This document shows positions 28,079 to 40,581 of a stretch of 64,000 nucleotides of DNA, in pieces. The stretch is from Eledone cirrhosa (Eukaryota): NCBI GenBank assembly GCA_964016885.1, contig OZ024741.1:254076001-254140000 (forward strand), in the 5' to 3' direction. Below the pieces are notes generated by a model that was not told the DNA's origin, did no database searches, and saw only the letters and a program-made list of their open reading frames with translations. Position numbers and translations under genes: made by a program. Each line of letters opens with the position of its first letter. Positions within the stretch are counted from its first letter, which is position 1.

Positions 28079-28299
28079 CCCTTTAGCATTTAAATCAGCT
28101 GTATCCGGTTAGAATTCTTTCACCGCTTTCTGTTCAAACCAGCCATGACTGGCTGCTCATACTGACGTTAAGGTATTGTTCTCAAAATAAATATTATCTC
28201 AATCTCATAGATTTGATATTATGTTAGATAATTATGTAAGATAAAGCTTTTATCACAAAAATACAATAGAATATATAGAGTAATGTAAATGCTAAAGGG
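28079..28299. mobile_element. piggyBac-type MITE
   Basis: TIRs CCCTTTAGCATTTA..TAAATGCTAAAGGG with TTGA/TTAA flanks. A related decayed copy lies at about 8480-8688. Confidence 0.8.
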
Positions 28300-28345
28300 T
28301 TAAGAGATCAAACATTATTCTCTTATATTAAGAAGACACACTTAC

Positions 28346-28678
28346 TATTCTATGAGACATAGGATTCTGAACTTTGGTTGGTAATCTTCGTCATGATGAG
28401 ATTTTTTTCCCAAATAAGGAAATATTGGCACTGCAATTCATCAGAGTTGTAGGTGAAATACTCACAGCTTGTTATATAACACATTCGGGCACACTCTAAT
28501 TTACTGGTATCTTTATAAATAAATTTGGATTGGTCAGTTGACTGGAACATGTAACCATGTAATCTGTGGAAATATTGACCACTCATTGTTTCCATACATT
28601 TTATTCCAACCATGGTAAGCACCAAAACTTGGATTGTTAAGTTCTTCAACATGGTTTACTGTAGTTGTTTTAGTTTGG
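28346..28678 (-). CDS. First coding exon: signal peptide + PAN/Apple-like domain (ORF 28350-28652, ends in TAG)
   Basis: Acceptor ttttgtcag, Kozak-like aaccATG, hydrophobic N-terminus, ECARMCYITSCEYFTYN..QC motif, and a GTAAGT donor 4 nt after the stop. Confidence 0.8.
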
Positions 28679-28772
28679 CTGACAAAATAAAAAAATCAAT
28701 AAGTAGAACAAGAAGGTAAGATGGTACAAACTTGTGTTATAAATTTTATCTTAGTTTAGACATGAATATATT

Positions 28773-29045
28773 GATATCAAGGGATCATGGTATATCCACA
28801 GTAAGTATTAAGGGTAGCAATGATGATATCAAGGAATCATGGTATATCCACAGTATGTATTAAAGGTAGCAATGATATCAAGGGATCATGGTATATCCAC
28901 AGTATGCATTAAGGGTAGCAATGATGATATCAAGGGATCATGGTATATCCACAGTATGTATTAAAGATAGCAATGATATCAAGGGATCATGGTATATCCA
29001 CTGTAGGATCATGGTATATCCACATATTAAGGGTAGCAATGATGT
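28773..29045. repeat. About 50-bp minisatellite, 5-6 copies
   Basis: gatatcaagggatcatggtatatccacagtatgtattaagggtagcaat repeated. Confidence 0.92.
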
Positions 29046-29184
29046 ATTTAAAGGATACATATACACATTCTGATATTATTATGACAGTATGTTTACATTA
29101 CATGTGAACTATCTCTTGTGTATGATTATCAAAGAATGAAGTGTAGCATGATTTGAAAATGTTGTTATCCAGTTTAGAATAGAT

Positions 29185-29635
29185 ACACCATATCACTGCA
29201 TGTCATAAGAAGCTACTGAATGGGTTGGTGTCAAGAAGGGCATCCAGCTGTAAAATATTGCCTCATAAAGTTCCTTCCAACCCATGCCAGCATGGAAAAG
29301 TCAATGTAGAAATGATCATAATGATAATGATGATGATGATGATGACATGATGTCACTGTGTGTTATAAATAGCAACTAAAAGGGTTGATGTCAGGAAGGG
29401 TATCTAGTTGTAAAACATTGCATCAAAAAGTCCCATCCAAACCAAGCCAGCATGGGAAATTCTATGTAAAATTCATGTTGTGTCTGCTGATAATGACACC
29501 ATATCCCTGTGTGTTGTAAAAAGTGAGTGAAAAGGGGTTAGTATTCGGAAGGGCATATGTTTGTAAAACATTGCTTCAACAAGTCCCATCCAGCACATGT
29601 CAACATAGACAAGTCCAAGTAAGATGGTGATAAGG
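29185..29635 (+). mobile_element. Three tandem diverged SINE-A/RTE-tail units (about 165 bp)
   Basis: gaagggcat..tgtaaaa..cca..ccagcat repeated at about 29235, 29395 and 29548. Confidence 0.65.
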
Positions 29636-29819
29636 AGATATATGTTGTTGATATCGATACACTATTCCTTTTCCATTGATAAAACAGACCTTGTCTTCAG
29701 TGTCGTCACTCCTATCCTTTTCACACTTATCCATTAATTATTTCCTTTACTTTTATTTTTATTACCACTATTACCTTCATCACCATCATAATCGTCACCA
29801 CCATCATCATCATCATCAT

Positions 29820-30122
29820 CAAGTGTCAGACACCATGCTTTACAGCATAGAGTTATGGCCCTTTACGTTCTGAGTTCAGATCCCGCCGAGGTTAACTTTG
29901 CCTTTCATCCTTATAGGGTCGATAAAATAAAGTACCAGTAATGCACTGGGATAATTACTGGCCTTGTGCCAAAAGTAGAAACAATTATTATCATTATTGA
30001 GTTCAAATCCCGCCGAGGTTAACTTTGCCTTTCATCCTTACGGGGTCGATAAAATAAAGTACCAGTAACGCACTGGGTAATTGCTGGCCTTGTGCCAAAA
30101 GTAGTAACAATTATTATCATTA
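29820..30122 (+). mobile_element. Two tandem SINE family B copies
   Basis: gagttca(g/a)atcccgccgaggttaactttgcctttcatcc..gtaccagt..ttgtgccaaaagtag duplicated. Confidence 0.85.
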
Positions 30123-30129
30123 TTATTGT

Positions 30130-30712
30130 ATTGGAAAGCTGAATGACCTAAAGGACCTTTGGCCATTGGCTATGGCTCCTTCTTTTGGTATAGTGTCAGT
30201 ATAATATCTACCAGAAGAAAAGTGTTATGAATAAAGAAATCATTAATAACACTTTTGTTCTGGCAGATATTATACTGACAATATACCAAAAGAGCAAATG
30301 ATAGCCAATGGCCAAAGATCCTTTGGGTCATTCCTTCTCCTCCAACTTTCCAACACCCTTCTTAGAATTCTTGCTGTTCCCAGCAAGGCTGTTTTCTGCA
30401 ACAATCCTGTCCTGCTGGTAATTCCTAGCTTCTTAAGCCATACATCCAACCTTTTACTAACTGCTCCCAGTGTATCAACCACAATCAGAACCACTTCAAC
30501 ATGTCTGATTCTCTGTAGTTTCCTGATTTCTCTCTTCAGCTGCTGATACTTCTCAACTTTCTCACTTTCCTTCTCATTCACCCTGTGATCCAACGGTGAA
30601 GCAATATCCACAATACATGCCTTATTATTCTTCTATTCTATGGCAACAATGTCAGGCTTTCTAGCCATGATAAAATGGTCACACTGGATGGTCATGTCCA
30701 TTTTATGGCCAT
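30130..30712 (-). mobile_element. R4/Dong LINE 3' fragment (REL endonuclease) with inverted duplicate of its 3' UTR
   Basis: KPDIV..DIASPLD..EKVEKYQQL..LQKTALLGTARILR. 30143-30248 mirrors about 30250-30330. Bounded by (TTA)n. Confidence 0.85.
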
Positions 30713-30729
30713 TGTTATTATTATTATTA

Positions 30730-30764
<35 letters not shown>

Positions 30765-30819
30765 GTTGTTGTTGTTGTCGTCGTCGCCGTCGTCGCCGTC
30801 GTCGTCGTTGTTGTTGTTG

Positions 30820-33800
30820 TGGAAGTATACACATCGCAGGATATCTTGCTCCCATAACTTTGTTAATTTTGAACAGTTTTTATTGAGAACTTATTGTAAA
30901 AATTTATATTGTTTTGGGTTTAAACACACCCCACTTTTCTGGAGGTGATCGAAATTAATCAGTATTTAGCCCTTCGGGGCTAAATTTCAATTTGAACTTT
31001 GCATTTGGCAAATATGCCCACAAAAAAAATAAGAAAAATGGTGCCACTCAAAAAATCTTTTTCTCTACCTTGTTTTCACTCAAAACTTTGTTCTTCTCCA
31101 AGCTGTCAGCGTGGAGTTTTGCTTTCCTTTTCGTCTTCTTCATTGACACATAGTGTAAGTCAGGCAAAGGCCGTTACATCTTCTTTTTCATCAAGTGGTT
31201 GCTGCTGATGCATTTGGCAACAATGTCAAAAAAGGAGGTAGCAGCAGCAGTAACAATAACACCAGCGGTAGCAGTAGCCACAGCAGCAGCAACACCAACA
31301 ACACCAGCAACAGCACCAAGAACAACACCAACTGCAACAATGACAACACCAACAAGAACAACAACAACACCAACAATAACAGTAACACCACCAACAACAA
31401 CAGCAATGACAGCAATGACAACAAAGAAAAAAATTCTTTCGCTGCCGCAGCATTCAGGGTCTGGCCATGCTTTAGCATGAACTTGAGAGACAAGAAGACA
31501 AAGTTGGCCCAGGCGTGGAAGCTCATCAAACAGGAGCAATCCTGGGCCAACTTAACTGTCCCGGCAGGGGCCATGGTGGCGGTGGAGAGGAGAACTCTAG
31601 TCTTTAGATGCATCTCAGCTGAGACGAAAAAAGCCACAAACTCTCCCCAAGAAGACGTCGAGGCTGCGCTGAGGTGCATCAGAGGAGATACGGAGTACAT
31701 AGTGAGGAGTAGACAATACGGCACCATCTCGGTGCTGTTTAAGTCAAAGGCCCTTGCTTTGAAGCAATCGATGACCTCTTGTAAAACCAGCAAGGTTACA
31801 ATATACCCCCCTTCATGGGAAAAAGAACTATTAGACTCCGCATTCCCAGGATTCTACCAGGACTAGATATGTGGTGGCTCTTGTGATGCGTGATTGTGGA
31901 AGGGACAGATGCTGTCCCAATAGAGGCAACTAGAACAGGCAGAGTCGACTGGTCTGGAGTTGATCTGGAGAAGTATCTCTAGATCAAACCTGAAGAACTA
32001 AAGAAAATCGCAGAGTAGATCCGCCTCCAAAACGGGACAGTTCTACAAGTAATGGCTGAGGGTAAAAGGCCGCACTGTTTCGGTTGCAGTGAAACAACAC
32101 ACTTGTGAGCCTTCTGCCCTTAGCTACTGAAAAATGCAAAGTGTCAAAAGTCACCCTGCTGCCGACGCTGGGGCTTTAACAACTTCAATAGCCCCAAACA
32201 ACAACACCAACAACAAATTCTGCAGCAGCCACACCAACAGAACCAACAACAACTGCAAAAACCACCAAGACCACCCAGGGGCCACTCCAAAGAAGCTCTC
32301 CCACTCCACCTTCTCCAACACACACACCCATACACACTCTCCCACTTACATCTGACACAAACACAGCAACCTTTACATCACTGAGTGAAGATGAGGAGGA
32401 ACACCAAAAGCCTAAAAAACAAAAAAGAAAACACAAGAAGAAATATCACACACCAACACAAGCAACAGCAAATAGAGAAGACACATTTTCACCAAACACA
32501 GACACACATACTACAACACCCACCCCTGCAACAATACAACTGTCAACACAAACATCATCTCCACCAACAACACTACCACTAACACAAACAACTAAAAGAA
32601 AACACACACAGCAACAACTCCCAACCACAACACCTAACTTCGTGTTAATGAGGAAATCGAACACAAAATTACTGAACCTCATAACACGAAGCAAGGAAAT
32701 AGAGAAAGAAGGGGAGGCATTTAGCACCTGCACCTTTAAGGTGCCACAAACAATTTTGCTGGTGCGGATGGCATTAGACAATTACAAAACAATTATGGAG
32801 AGCTACCCCAATGACATGGGAACACCTAGTGTAAAAGCCTCAAGTAGGCTTTTAAAGGGGTTCCCAATGGAAACCCCACCAACTATGGAGGTTGAACCAC
32901 CCAACCTTCACAAGAGCCCAGGAGGTAAGTAAACCTTTCCTCTCTCTTTTAGCCTGCCATATTAAGAATAGGAAGTTTAAATGTTCGAGGCCTGGGGCGC
33001 CCTGGAAGCAGGGTCACCTGCTCAACGATCTCCGGTCTCTAGAAATGGATGTAATTGCCATCAGCGAGACCAGGATTTCCAACACACACACACTACCCCC
33101 CATTTTCGAGGACTATCAGATCTTCGCATCTGTTAGTCGGCCAGGAATGGGAGGTGGGGTGGCAGTGCTGTTTAGGAAAGGCCTGGATCTCAAGGTAAGG
33201 TCGATCTTCCAGGACCCAGATGGTAAGTTGGTGGTCCTGGACGTGAACAATAGCAAGGGTGGTGCCTTTAGACTGGTGTCTGTCTATGCCCCTACCAGAG
33301 CAGGACGGCTGGACTTCTTTAGATGCCTGGAAGGCTTTCTGGGTATGTCTCACCCTTTACTGTTAGCGGGGGATTGGAACGGCATCTTAGATGCACACTG
33401 GGATTGTGTTGGAGTATCTGATAGGAGCGGAGGGTGTGTGTGTGCAAAAGCCTCAAGTACCTGATCAGCCAGTTCAAACTGATGACAGGTACCAATTAGA
33501 TTTCCCTAATGTGCCAGTGTGGACCTGGACCAACTGCATAGAGTCATCTAGATCGTATTTAGACAGGATATTCATTACGAAAATAGATAGAAATAATGTA
33601 AGCTGTCCACGTTTTAAAATGGTTGCCTATTCAGATCAAAAGTTTGTGATCTGCGTGGTCGACCTAGATAAGACACGTAGGTTAGTATCTGGTTACTGGA
33701 AGCTGAACATGTCATTTACGGCACGTAAGGCTTACAGGGACCGGGTCAACAATTTAGCCAAGCAAAAGTTGAGAGGGGGAGTCATCAACAAAAGATGGTG

Positions 33801-35530
33801 GGGGCTCTCAAAAGAGAGATTAGAGTAATTTCGATAGCGTTTAGCAAAGAAGTAGCATTAGAAAAAAATAGAAAGGAGGGGGAGCTGGTAGATAAGTTAG
33901 ACAAGGTTACTTATCGTGGCAATGCGACTGACATGCTAGCGGCGAGAATGGCATAGAACCATTTCTTCAATGCAAAACATGAAGGTTACATTGTCAGAGC
34001 TAAGGCTCATGCTCTGTGAAACGAGGGAACCAAAGCTGAGTGATTCCAGGCAGATGTGTGAGGCCTTTCACCAGCATTTTTCTCGGTTGTTTGGGGGAAG
34101 TGGCGGGTCAGAGACGGTGGCAGACTTCAGATCCTACCTTGATGGCTTGCTGCAACTATCGATGGATGATGCTGAGCGCTGTGAAAGGCTGATGACTTCA
34201 GCCAAGATTCAGGATGCCCTTGTCGGCTGCACGAGATTCAAGTCACCTGGTTTGGATGGTCTGCCCTACGAGCTTTACGTAAATATGTCAGACTTGTTCT
34301 CCAATCTCCTCGAAGTGCTTTACTGCAACTGGCAGCAGAACGGGAGTATTCCCAATTCTTTGAGCCGGGAGCCTAGTGACATTGATAAGGAAAGACGAGA
34401 ACAAGAGGGACACATTAGATAATTTCAGGCCCATAACTCTGCTCAACACAGAGTTTAAGATTTTGGGTAAGATGTTAGCAAAGAGGTTGGCGCTTATTGT
34501 CGAGGATTTGGCTGGGGAGGTCCATATATGCAGCTCATCTCTTTGACTGAGCTGCAGTCTTGGGTCAAGAAGAGACTGAGACTGGGTGACTGGCATCTGG
34601 AATGTTGCCAGGCGCTCACTGCCCTCTACCAGGCGGGCAATGTGATCAGTGGAACTTCCACTCTCGTGTTCGATAGAGGATTAGTGGTGGGCAAGTGTGT
34701 TGACGCACTCGGAGAGGCTCTGGGCATCAACAAAGTCGAACTAACCAGTCTGTTTCGGAGTACTTTCAAGCCAGGGACCATGGATAACTTCCAAAAATCC
34801 CTCGCTTGGCAGTACTACCGGGGGGGCACTGCCGGTTTGAGATAGACTCTACAGACACAGAAGTGCTGTCAGATGGACCTGCTAGAGATGCGCGCAGAGT
34901 GACGAAACAGTTCTGCACACATTCATTCAGTGTCTGTGTATTGCTGACTTGTGGAGTTATGTTGAACGGCTGTTGTCGCGTGTAGGATGGATCCAGCTAT
35001 TGACCAAGTCCATAGTGAAGATCGACCCACTGCCTTCTTTTGGCCAGGAAGGACAAGCAATTTTCCTCTGTCTGGTGGCAGTAGCGAAAGAGGTTGTATG
35101 GTGGACCAGGTTGAAAGGACTTCGACCAATCCCTCATCAACTTTTTCAAGTTTCACTTGGAAAGGAAGGTGAGGGTGGAGAGAGTAGTGCTGCCCCCAAG
35201 TACATTTGCTGAAAGGTGGGTGAATGTGGCAAGAATGGCCCGTGTGAGTGGGCCTACTCTGATGATGTGCCTGTAGGTTGGTGAATTTGAGGAGGAGAGG
35301 GGTGCCCTTCCTGGGTGTTCTCGAAGCATTGGGTGGTTCAGGATTGGTGGGGTACCTGAGTCAACCCTGGGTGGTTATGCCCCCTACTGGGGAATTTTTC
35401 ATTGTTGTATTTTTCTTGTTATTTTGTTATTGTTATTTATATTTTTAGATGTTTTATATGTAAACCCCCACTGTCCCTATCTAGTTTATCGTCCCCTATA
35501 TGTCTGCCCTTGTGGCCAATAAATGAAACC
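30820..35530 (+). mobile_element. Tx1/L1-like LINE, near full-length but degenerate
   Basis: ORF1 remnant with a CFGC..H..C knuckle (about 32075), APE motifs (ISETR, GGGVAVLF, VYAP, AGDWN, LDR, SDQ), RT start (KSPGLDG, FRPITLLN), C-terminal ETVLH..C, AATAAA and (ATT)n tail. Confidence 0.85.
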
Positions 35531-35554
35531 ATTATTATTATTATTATTATTATG

Positions 35555-35593
<39 letters not shown>

Positions 35594-35624
35594 AAGTGTA
35601 TTGCTCAAGGAAAGAAGACATCAC

Positions 35625-35970
35625 CCGAGTTCAATTCTCAGACCGGGTGATGTGTTGTTTCCTTGAGCAAGACACTTTATTTCACATTGCTCCAGTTTAC
35701 TCAGCTGTAGAAATGAGATGATAGGGACCCCAGTCCCTATCATTCCACTGCAAAGTGGTCGTGGAGGTGCCACAGCAAAAAAGGACCCAGCCCACACTGT
35801 AAAGTGGACGTGTAGGCGCCATGGAAAAAAAAAAGCACCCACCACTCACTGTAGTTAAGGTTGGTGTTAGGAAGGGCATCCAGCTGTAGAAATCAAGCCA
35901 GAATCAGTTCCCGTCCCACCCTTGCAAGCAGGGAAAAGTGGACGTAAAATGATGATGATGATGATGATGA
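35625..35970 (+). mobile_element. SINE family A
   Basis: B-box gagttcaattctc and high identity to 18706-19045. Confidence 0.85.
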
Positions 35971-36004
35971 TTATTATTATTATTATTATTATTGTTATTG
36001 TTAT

Positions 36005-39000
36005 TCCTTGAATCTCAGTCATTGATGTTGGTTAACTGGAAAGTCCGTTGGATTGAATATCAAGCCACTACCTGCAGCCTCAGATATTCAGGACGTATCG
36101 GAGGGTTCTTGCTGTTCCAAGCAAGCATGCCTTTTGAAGCGTTCCAAAAAGCGTGAAGGGGCCGATTTTCTTTAACCATCCCTGGAAACCTTTGGAGATA
36201 GTCCCCAGTGCGCCTATGACAATCGGGATCACTTTGACTTCATGGCAGTTCCAAATCCTTTTCACCTCCCACTTTAGGTCCTGGTATCGGTTAATTTTCT
36301 CCCTCTCCTTCTCTTGCACTCTCGTGTCGAATGGGCAGGCCACATCCACAATCAGGCACGATCTTTTTTCTTTGTCCACAACCACCAGGTCAGGTCTATT
36401 GTGTTCCAGTTTTTTGTCCGTCTGTATCCTAAAATCCCACAGCACCTTCACCTGACTGTTCTCCATCACCGCCTCTGGCCTATGCTCATACCATTTCTCA
36501 GAATGTGGTAGATTGTTTACTTTGCACAGGTGCCAGTGGATCACCCTGCCCATCACATCGTGTCTCCAGCCCTTATAGTGGGTCTGGGCTAGGTGTTTAC
36601 ACTCGGACACAATGTGAGCCACAGACTCCTCTCTCTCTCCACAGATCCTGCACAGTGGGCTAGCCTCCTCCTTCTAGATATGGTGCTTCAACCACTTCGT
36701 TTTGAGGGCCTGCTCCTGCGCAGCCATTAGCATTCCTTCTGTAGCCTTTTTGAGGTCTCCTCTTCTCAACCAGTTCCATGTCTGTGGATCTCTAAATTCA
36801 GTTTTCTCAAAGAAGGTACTATGAAGGGATTTTCCCTTAAGGCTGCTCTTCCTCCTTGATGTTATTTCCTCCTTGGATATCCCCTGGCCTACTGTCCCCT
36901 CCTTCAGTACAGCTCTGAGCATTGGCTCCTTACTATAGGTCACGTATTTGTATAGGTTGTTTTTCTCCATCTGAACACAGTCCTCTATGCTGATAAGACC
37001 TCTTCCACCCTCAGATCTCCTTAGGTAGAGTCTATCGACATCACTCCTCTTGTGGAACATGTTGTAGATAGTCAATAGCTTCCTAGTCTTCCTATCCATT
37101 TCTTTTTGTTCAGCAACATTCCATCTCAGAATTCCCGCACTGTACCTAATAATAGACACAGCTCGGGAATTTACTGCGCTTATGGCATTTCTGCTGTTCA
37201 GATGTGACTTCAATACGCTCCTTACTCTCCGAATGTATTCAGTTCTTAACAATTCCTTCATTTTTTTGTTCTTTATGCCATCAGCCTCCAGAACGCCCAA
37301 ATACTTGTATCCTTCCTCAGAGTCAATTTCCTTTATCATCTCACCTGTTGGTATCTGGATCCCGTTACTTCTGCTCAACCTACCCCTCTTCATCACAATG
37401 ACTCCACATTTACCAATACCAAACTGCATACATATATCACTGCTGAAAATACGGACAGTGTCAACAAGCACATCCAACTCCTTCTCACTTTTCCCGAAGA
37501 GCTTAAGATCGTCCATGAAGAGGAGGTGATTGATGGTAAGCTCTCCCCTTCCCAACTTGTATCCTGCTCTCACTTTTCGCAGCATAATGGTCAAGAGCAT
37601 CAGGGCAAGGACAAACAACAGAGGGGACAGGCTATCTCCCTGGAAGATACCTCTCTTGATCTTCACGCTTCCCAAGGATACTCCAGTTGATGTCAACTCT
37701 GTCTCCCAGGACCCCATACTCCTGCCCAGCAACTGTCTGATGTTATCTGCCACCCTGAAGATCTCCAGGCTTTTGGTGATCCAGGAATGAGGCACCATGT
37801 CAAATGCCTTTCTGTAGTCTATCCATCCCATGGCAAGATCAGTGTGTCTCCTCCTGCAATTCCCCATTACCATCTTATCAATAAGCAACTGGTCCTTTGT
37901 ACCACGTGACTTCTTTCGGCATCCTTTCTGTTCGTCCGGTAACAAGTTGTTTGTGTGGAGGTGATGGTAGATTTCCTCAGACACAATGCTCGTCAACAGT
38001 TTCCACATTACGGGCAGACATGTGATAGGTCTATAGTTGGTAACATCATTACCCTTGATTCGGTCTTTCATTATCAGAACTGTGGTACCTTTTGTCAACC
38101 ACTCTGGCACCTCACCCGACACCAAGCAGTCATTGAACATGGGCGTCAGCTTCGGGTGGAGGGATGTTAAATGTTTAATCCAATACCCCTGCACACCATC
38201 TGGGCCTGGTGATTTCCAGTTGGTTAGTTTTTTGGCTTGCCCCTTAAGAGTTTCAACTGTGATACTCAAATCAGTCTGTTGTTGTGCCTGCTCACCGATC
38301 TCCCTCTGTACTGTCTCAATCCACCCTGCCTGGGCATTGTGTCTAACATCCTGCTCCCATATTCCTCTCCAGAATGTTTTAGCTTGTTCCGCCCCAGGGA
38401 TCAAGTCGTTGTCTCTTTCTTTCCCCTCAAGCTGTCCAAACAGCATCTTCTGGTTGTTGTCGAACATGCGGTTCTGTTTATACTGACTGACTCTGTTCTC
38501 GTATCGCCTGATTTTGGCACTCTTTGCTACAATGCGTTGCTTCAATTCCTCTATGATAATATTTAGCTTTTTACTCCTAGTTTTGTATTTTATTTCCAGT
38601 CTATTTTTAGTGCCTATGTTTTTTAGTGTCCCATTCAGTAGTGACTCAAGCTTTCCTATGTCATTTCTCATTTCCCCGATTTGCCCACTCAGTCGCTTCT
38701 TCCACCACGGCTCTGCTCTTTCTTGTCTGTTGTTTCCTCTCGCTTTTATACCAAGTAGTTTCCTCACCGTATTTGCTGTTGCTTTGAGGATATTGTTGCA
38801 CTGGTGAAGACTCCTCGCCTCAAGGTATGGGATGACTTTGTTTACCTTAGCTGTTGTTTCTTTTAACTTTTTCCTGTCTACAAATCTTAGGTTCATAGGT
38901 CTCCCACTATCATTGTTCAACTCATCTACCACTAAATTTAGGATGTCAACCGAATCTTGTCCTAGCCCGTCAGCATTCATCTCCTCAGTGGCCGTATCTC

Positions 39001-39540
39001 TGTTCCAGGTATTATTTATCTCAGTATTCAGATCATTGTCTGCTTCGGGTGGTTCCTCCGTTCTCAGGACCTCCTCACCTTCATTTCCCGCCGGCTCGCT
39101 TGTCTGGCATACTACACCCGCCATCTCCAAGCCATTCTCTCTGCTCAGTTCCTCCAGTTCCAGCTCGCCTATCCACCCATTAGTTCTTATTACCCGAGCC
39201 TGCCCGGCCAATTTTTGTTCATCTAATTTAAATAAACCAATCTCGTTCCAGATGTTATGCATCCGTCTCCTGTAGCCCCTCTCCTTGGGGTTACTTTTCA
39301 GGTAGCATTGCATAACAGTTCTATTCAATTCTTTCGTCCAGTTGGTTCTGGCCCCTTTCCTTCTTCTTCTTCCTCCAACATCAGCAGTATTTGGTTGACA
39401 GTCAGGTTCCTGCTGCTGAGCCAGGGGGCACCTGTTGGGTGAGAGTCTGTCACATGACGTTCTAGTCTCCATTTCACCGTTATTCGAACTGTTTATGTTC
39501 GATATTTAAACACTCTTATCGAGGATTGGCGAATGTATGT
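36005..39540 (-). mobile_element. R4/Dong-clade LINE, near full-length
   Basis: Single long frame with RT (KSPGPDG, YRPITCL, GIFQGDSLSP, FMDD), CCHC finger and PD..D REL endonuclease. The 3' end lies in (TAA)n. Confidence 0.93.
36080..39472 (-). pseudogene. Dong RT-REL polyprotein, about 1130 codons with one in-frame TAG
   Basis: The 932-aa ORF continues in frame past TAG (36674-36676) into KEEASPLCRICGEREESVAHIVSEC and on to 36080. Confidence 0.9.
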
Positions 39541-40581
39541 TTACATAGCCATCTGTGGATCCGCCATCCCACTTGGCCCTTGTGTGGCATTATCACCGCG
39601 CTGTATACGAACACACATAAACAAACAAACACACGGGCAGAAAGGGCCCCAAAAATGAATAAGCATAAGTTTCATTGTAATGTAGTATTCGAATGTCTGA
39701 CTTAGTTTTTGTTTTTTAAGTTTTACTTTTTCCCCCCTCTTCTCTGTCCGTCCGCCTGCTTCTCTCTTCATTCTTATTTTCTTTACGTTTTTGGGGTTTC
39801 TTTTTTTGTTTTTGTTTTTCTCTGTTTGTTTTTCTCGTTTTTTGCTGTTGTTGCTGTGCTGCTTTGGTTTTGTTGTTTGTTTTTTCTTTTTTCTTTTGAG
39901 TCTATCTATATATTTTGATGCCTTCCTCTTTGTTAGTAGTAGGAATTCTATAATGTGGAAGTGGCAGCCAGCAGAGACTGGCGGCGTTGGCGATACTGAG
40001 ACAGTGGTGGTGGTGATGTCGATACCGAGGCAGTGGTGGCGGTGATGCGACCGTATTACTGTAGTGATGGTGCTGTAGCGGTGGCAGCAGCAGTGAAGGA
40101 GTCAAGGGGTGGTGGCGGCGGTGATGGGATAGTGGTGGTAATGATGGCCGTAGTGAGCGGTGGCGGTGAAGGTGAAAATGCTGTTGTGTTTAGTGTACAC
40201 AGATGATGGGGTGGGTGGTGTATCTAGTTTCTGGTGTTGGTGAGTTTAGCTGTCCTATATAGTGTAGCCAGAGGAGAGGAGGGGGGGGGTTCTTCTTCTT
40301 CCATTTATAGCCATTTTTTTTTGGGGGGGGATATACAGTGTACAATACAAAGTTGAATATTTGAATATTTGAGCCTTATAACAATATATTTTGGGTCCGA
40401 ATTTTTTGGGGCTCAAGCCGGGTGCTTTACGTAGCATTTGTACTAAGAGTTGTTATTTCACAAATGATTTAAATATGTTAAAAATTCAAACTTACGGGAG
40501 CGATTTCATGACCTCCGTCACCTCGTGCGTCTTCTTCCCTCGTTATTAATAACTATATAATTATTATTATTATTATTATTA

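Noticed and set aside
40490-40545. HDV-like ribozyme suggested by cacctcgtg
   Set aside because: The nested double pseudoknot (P1-P4) could not be built.
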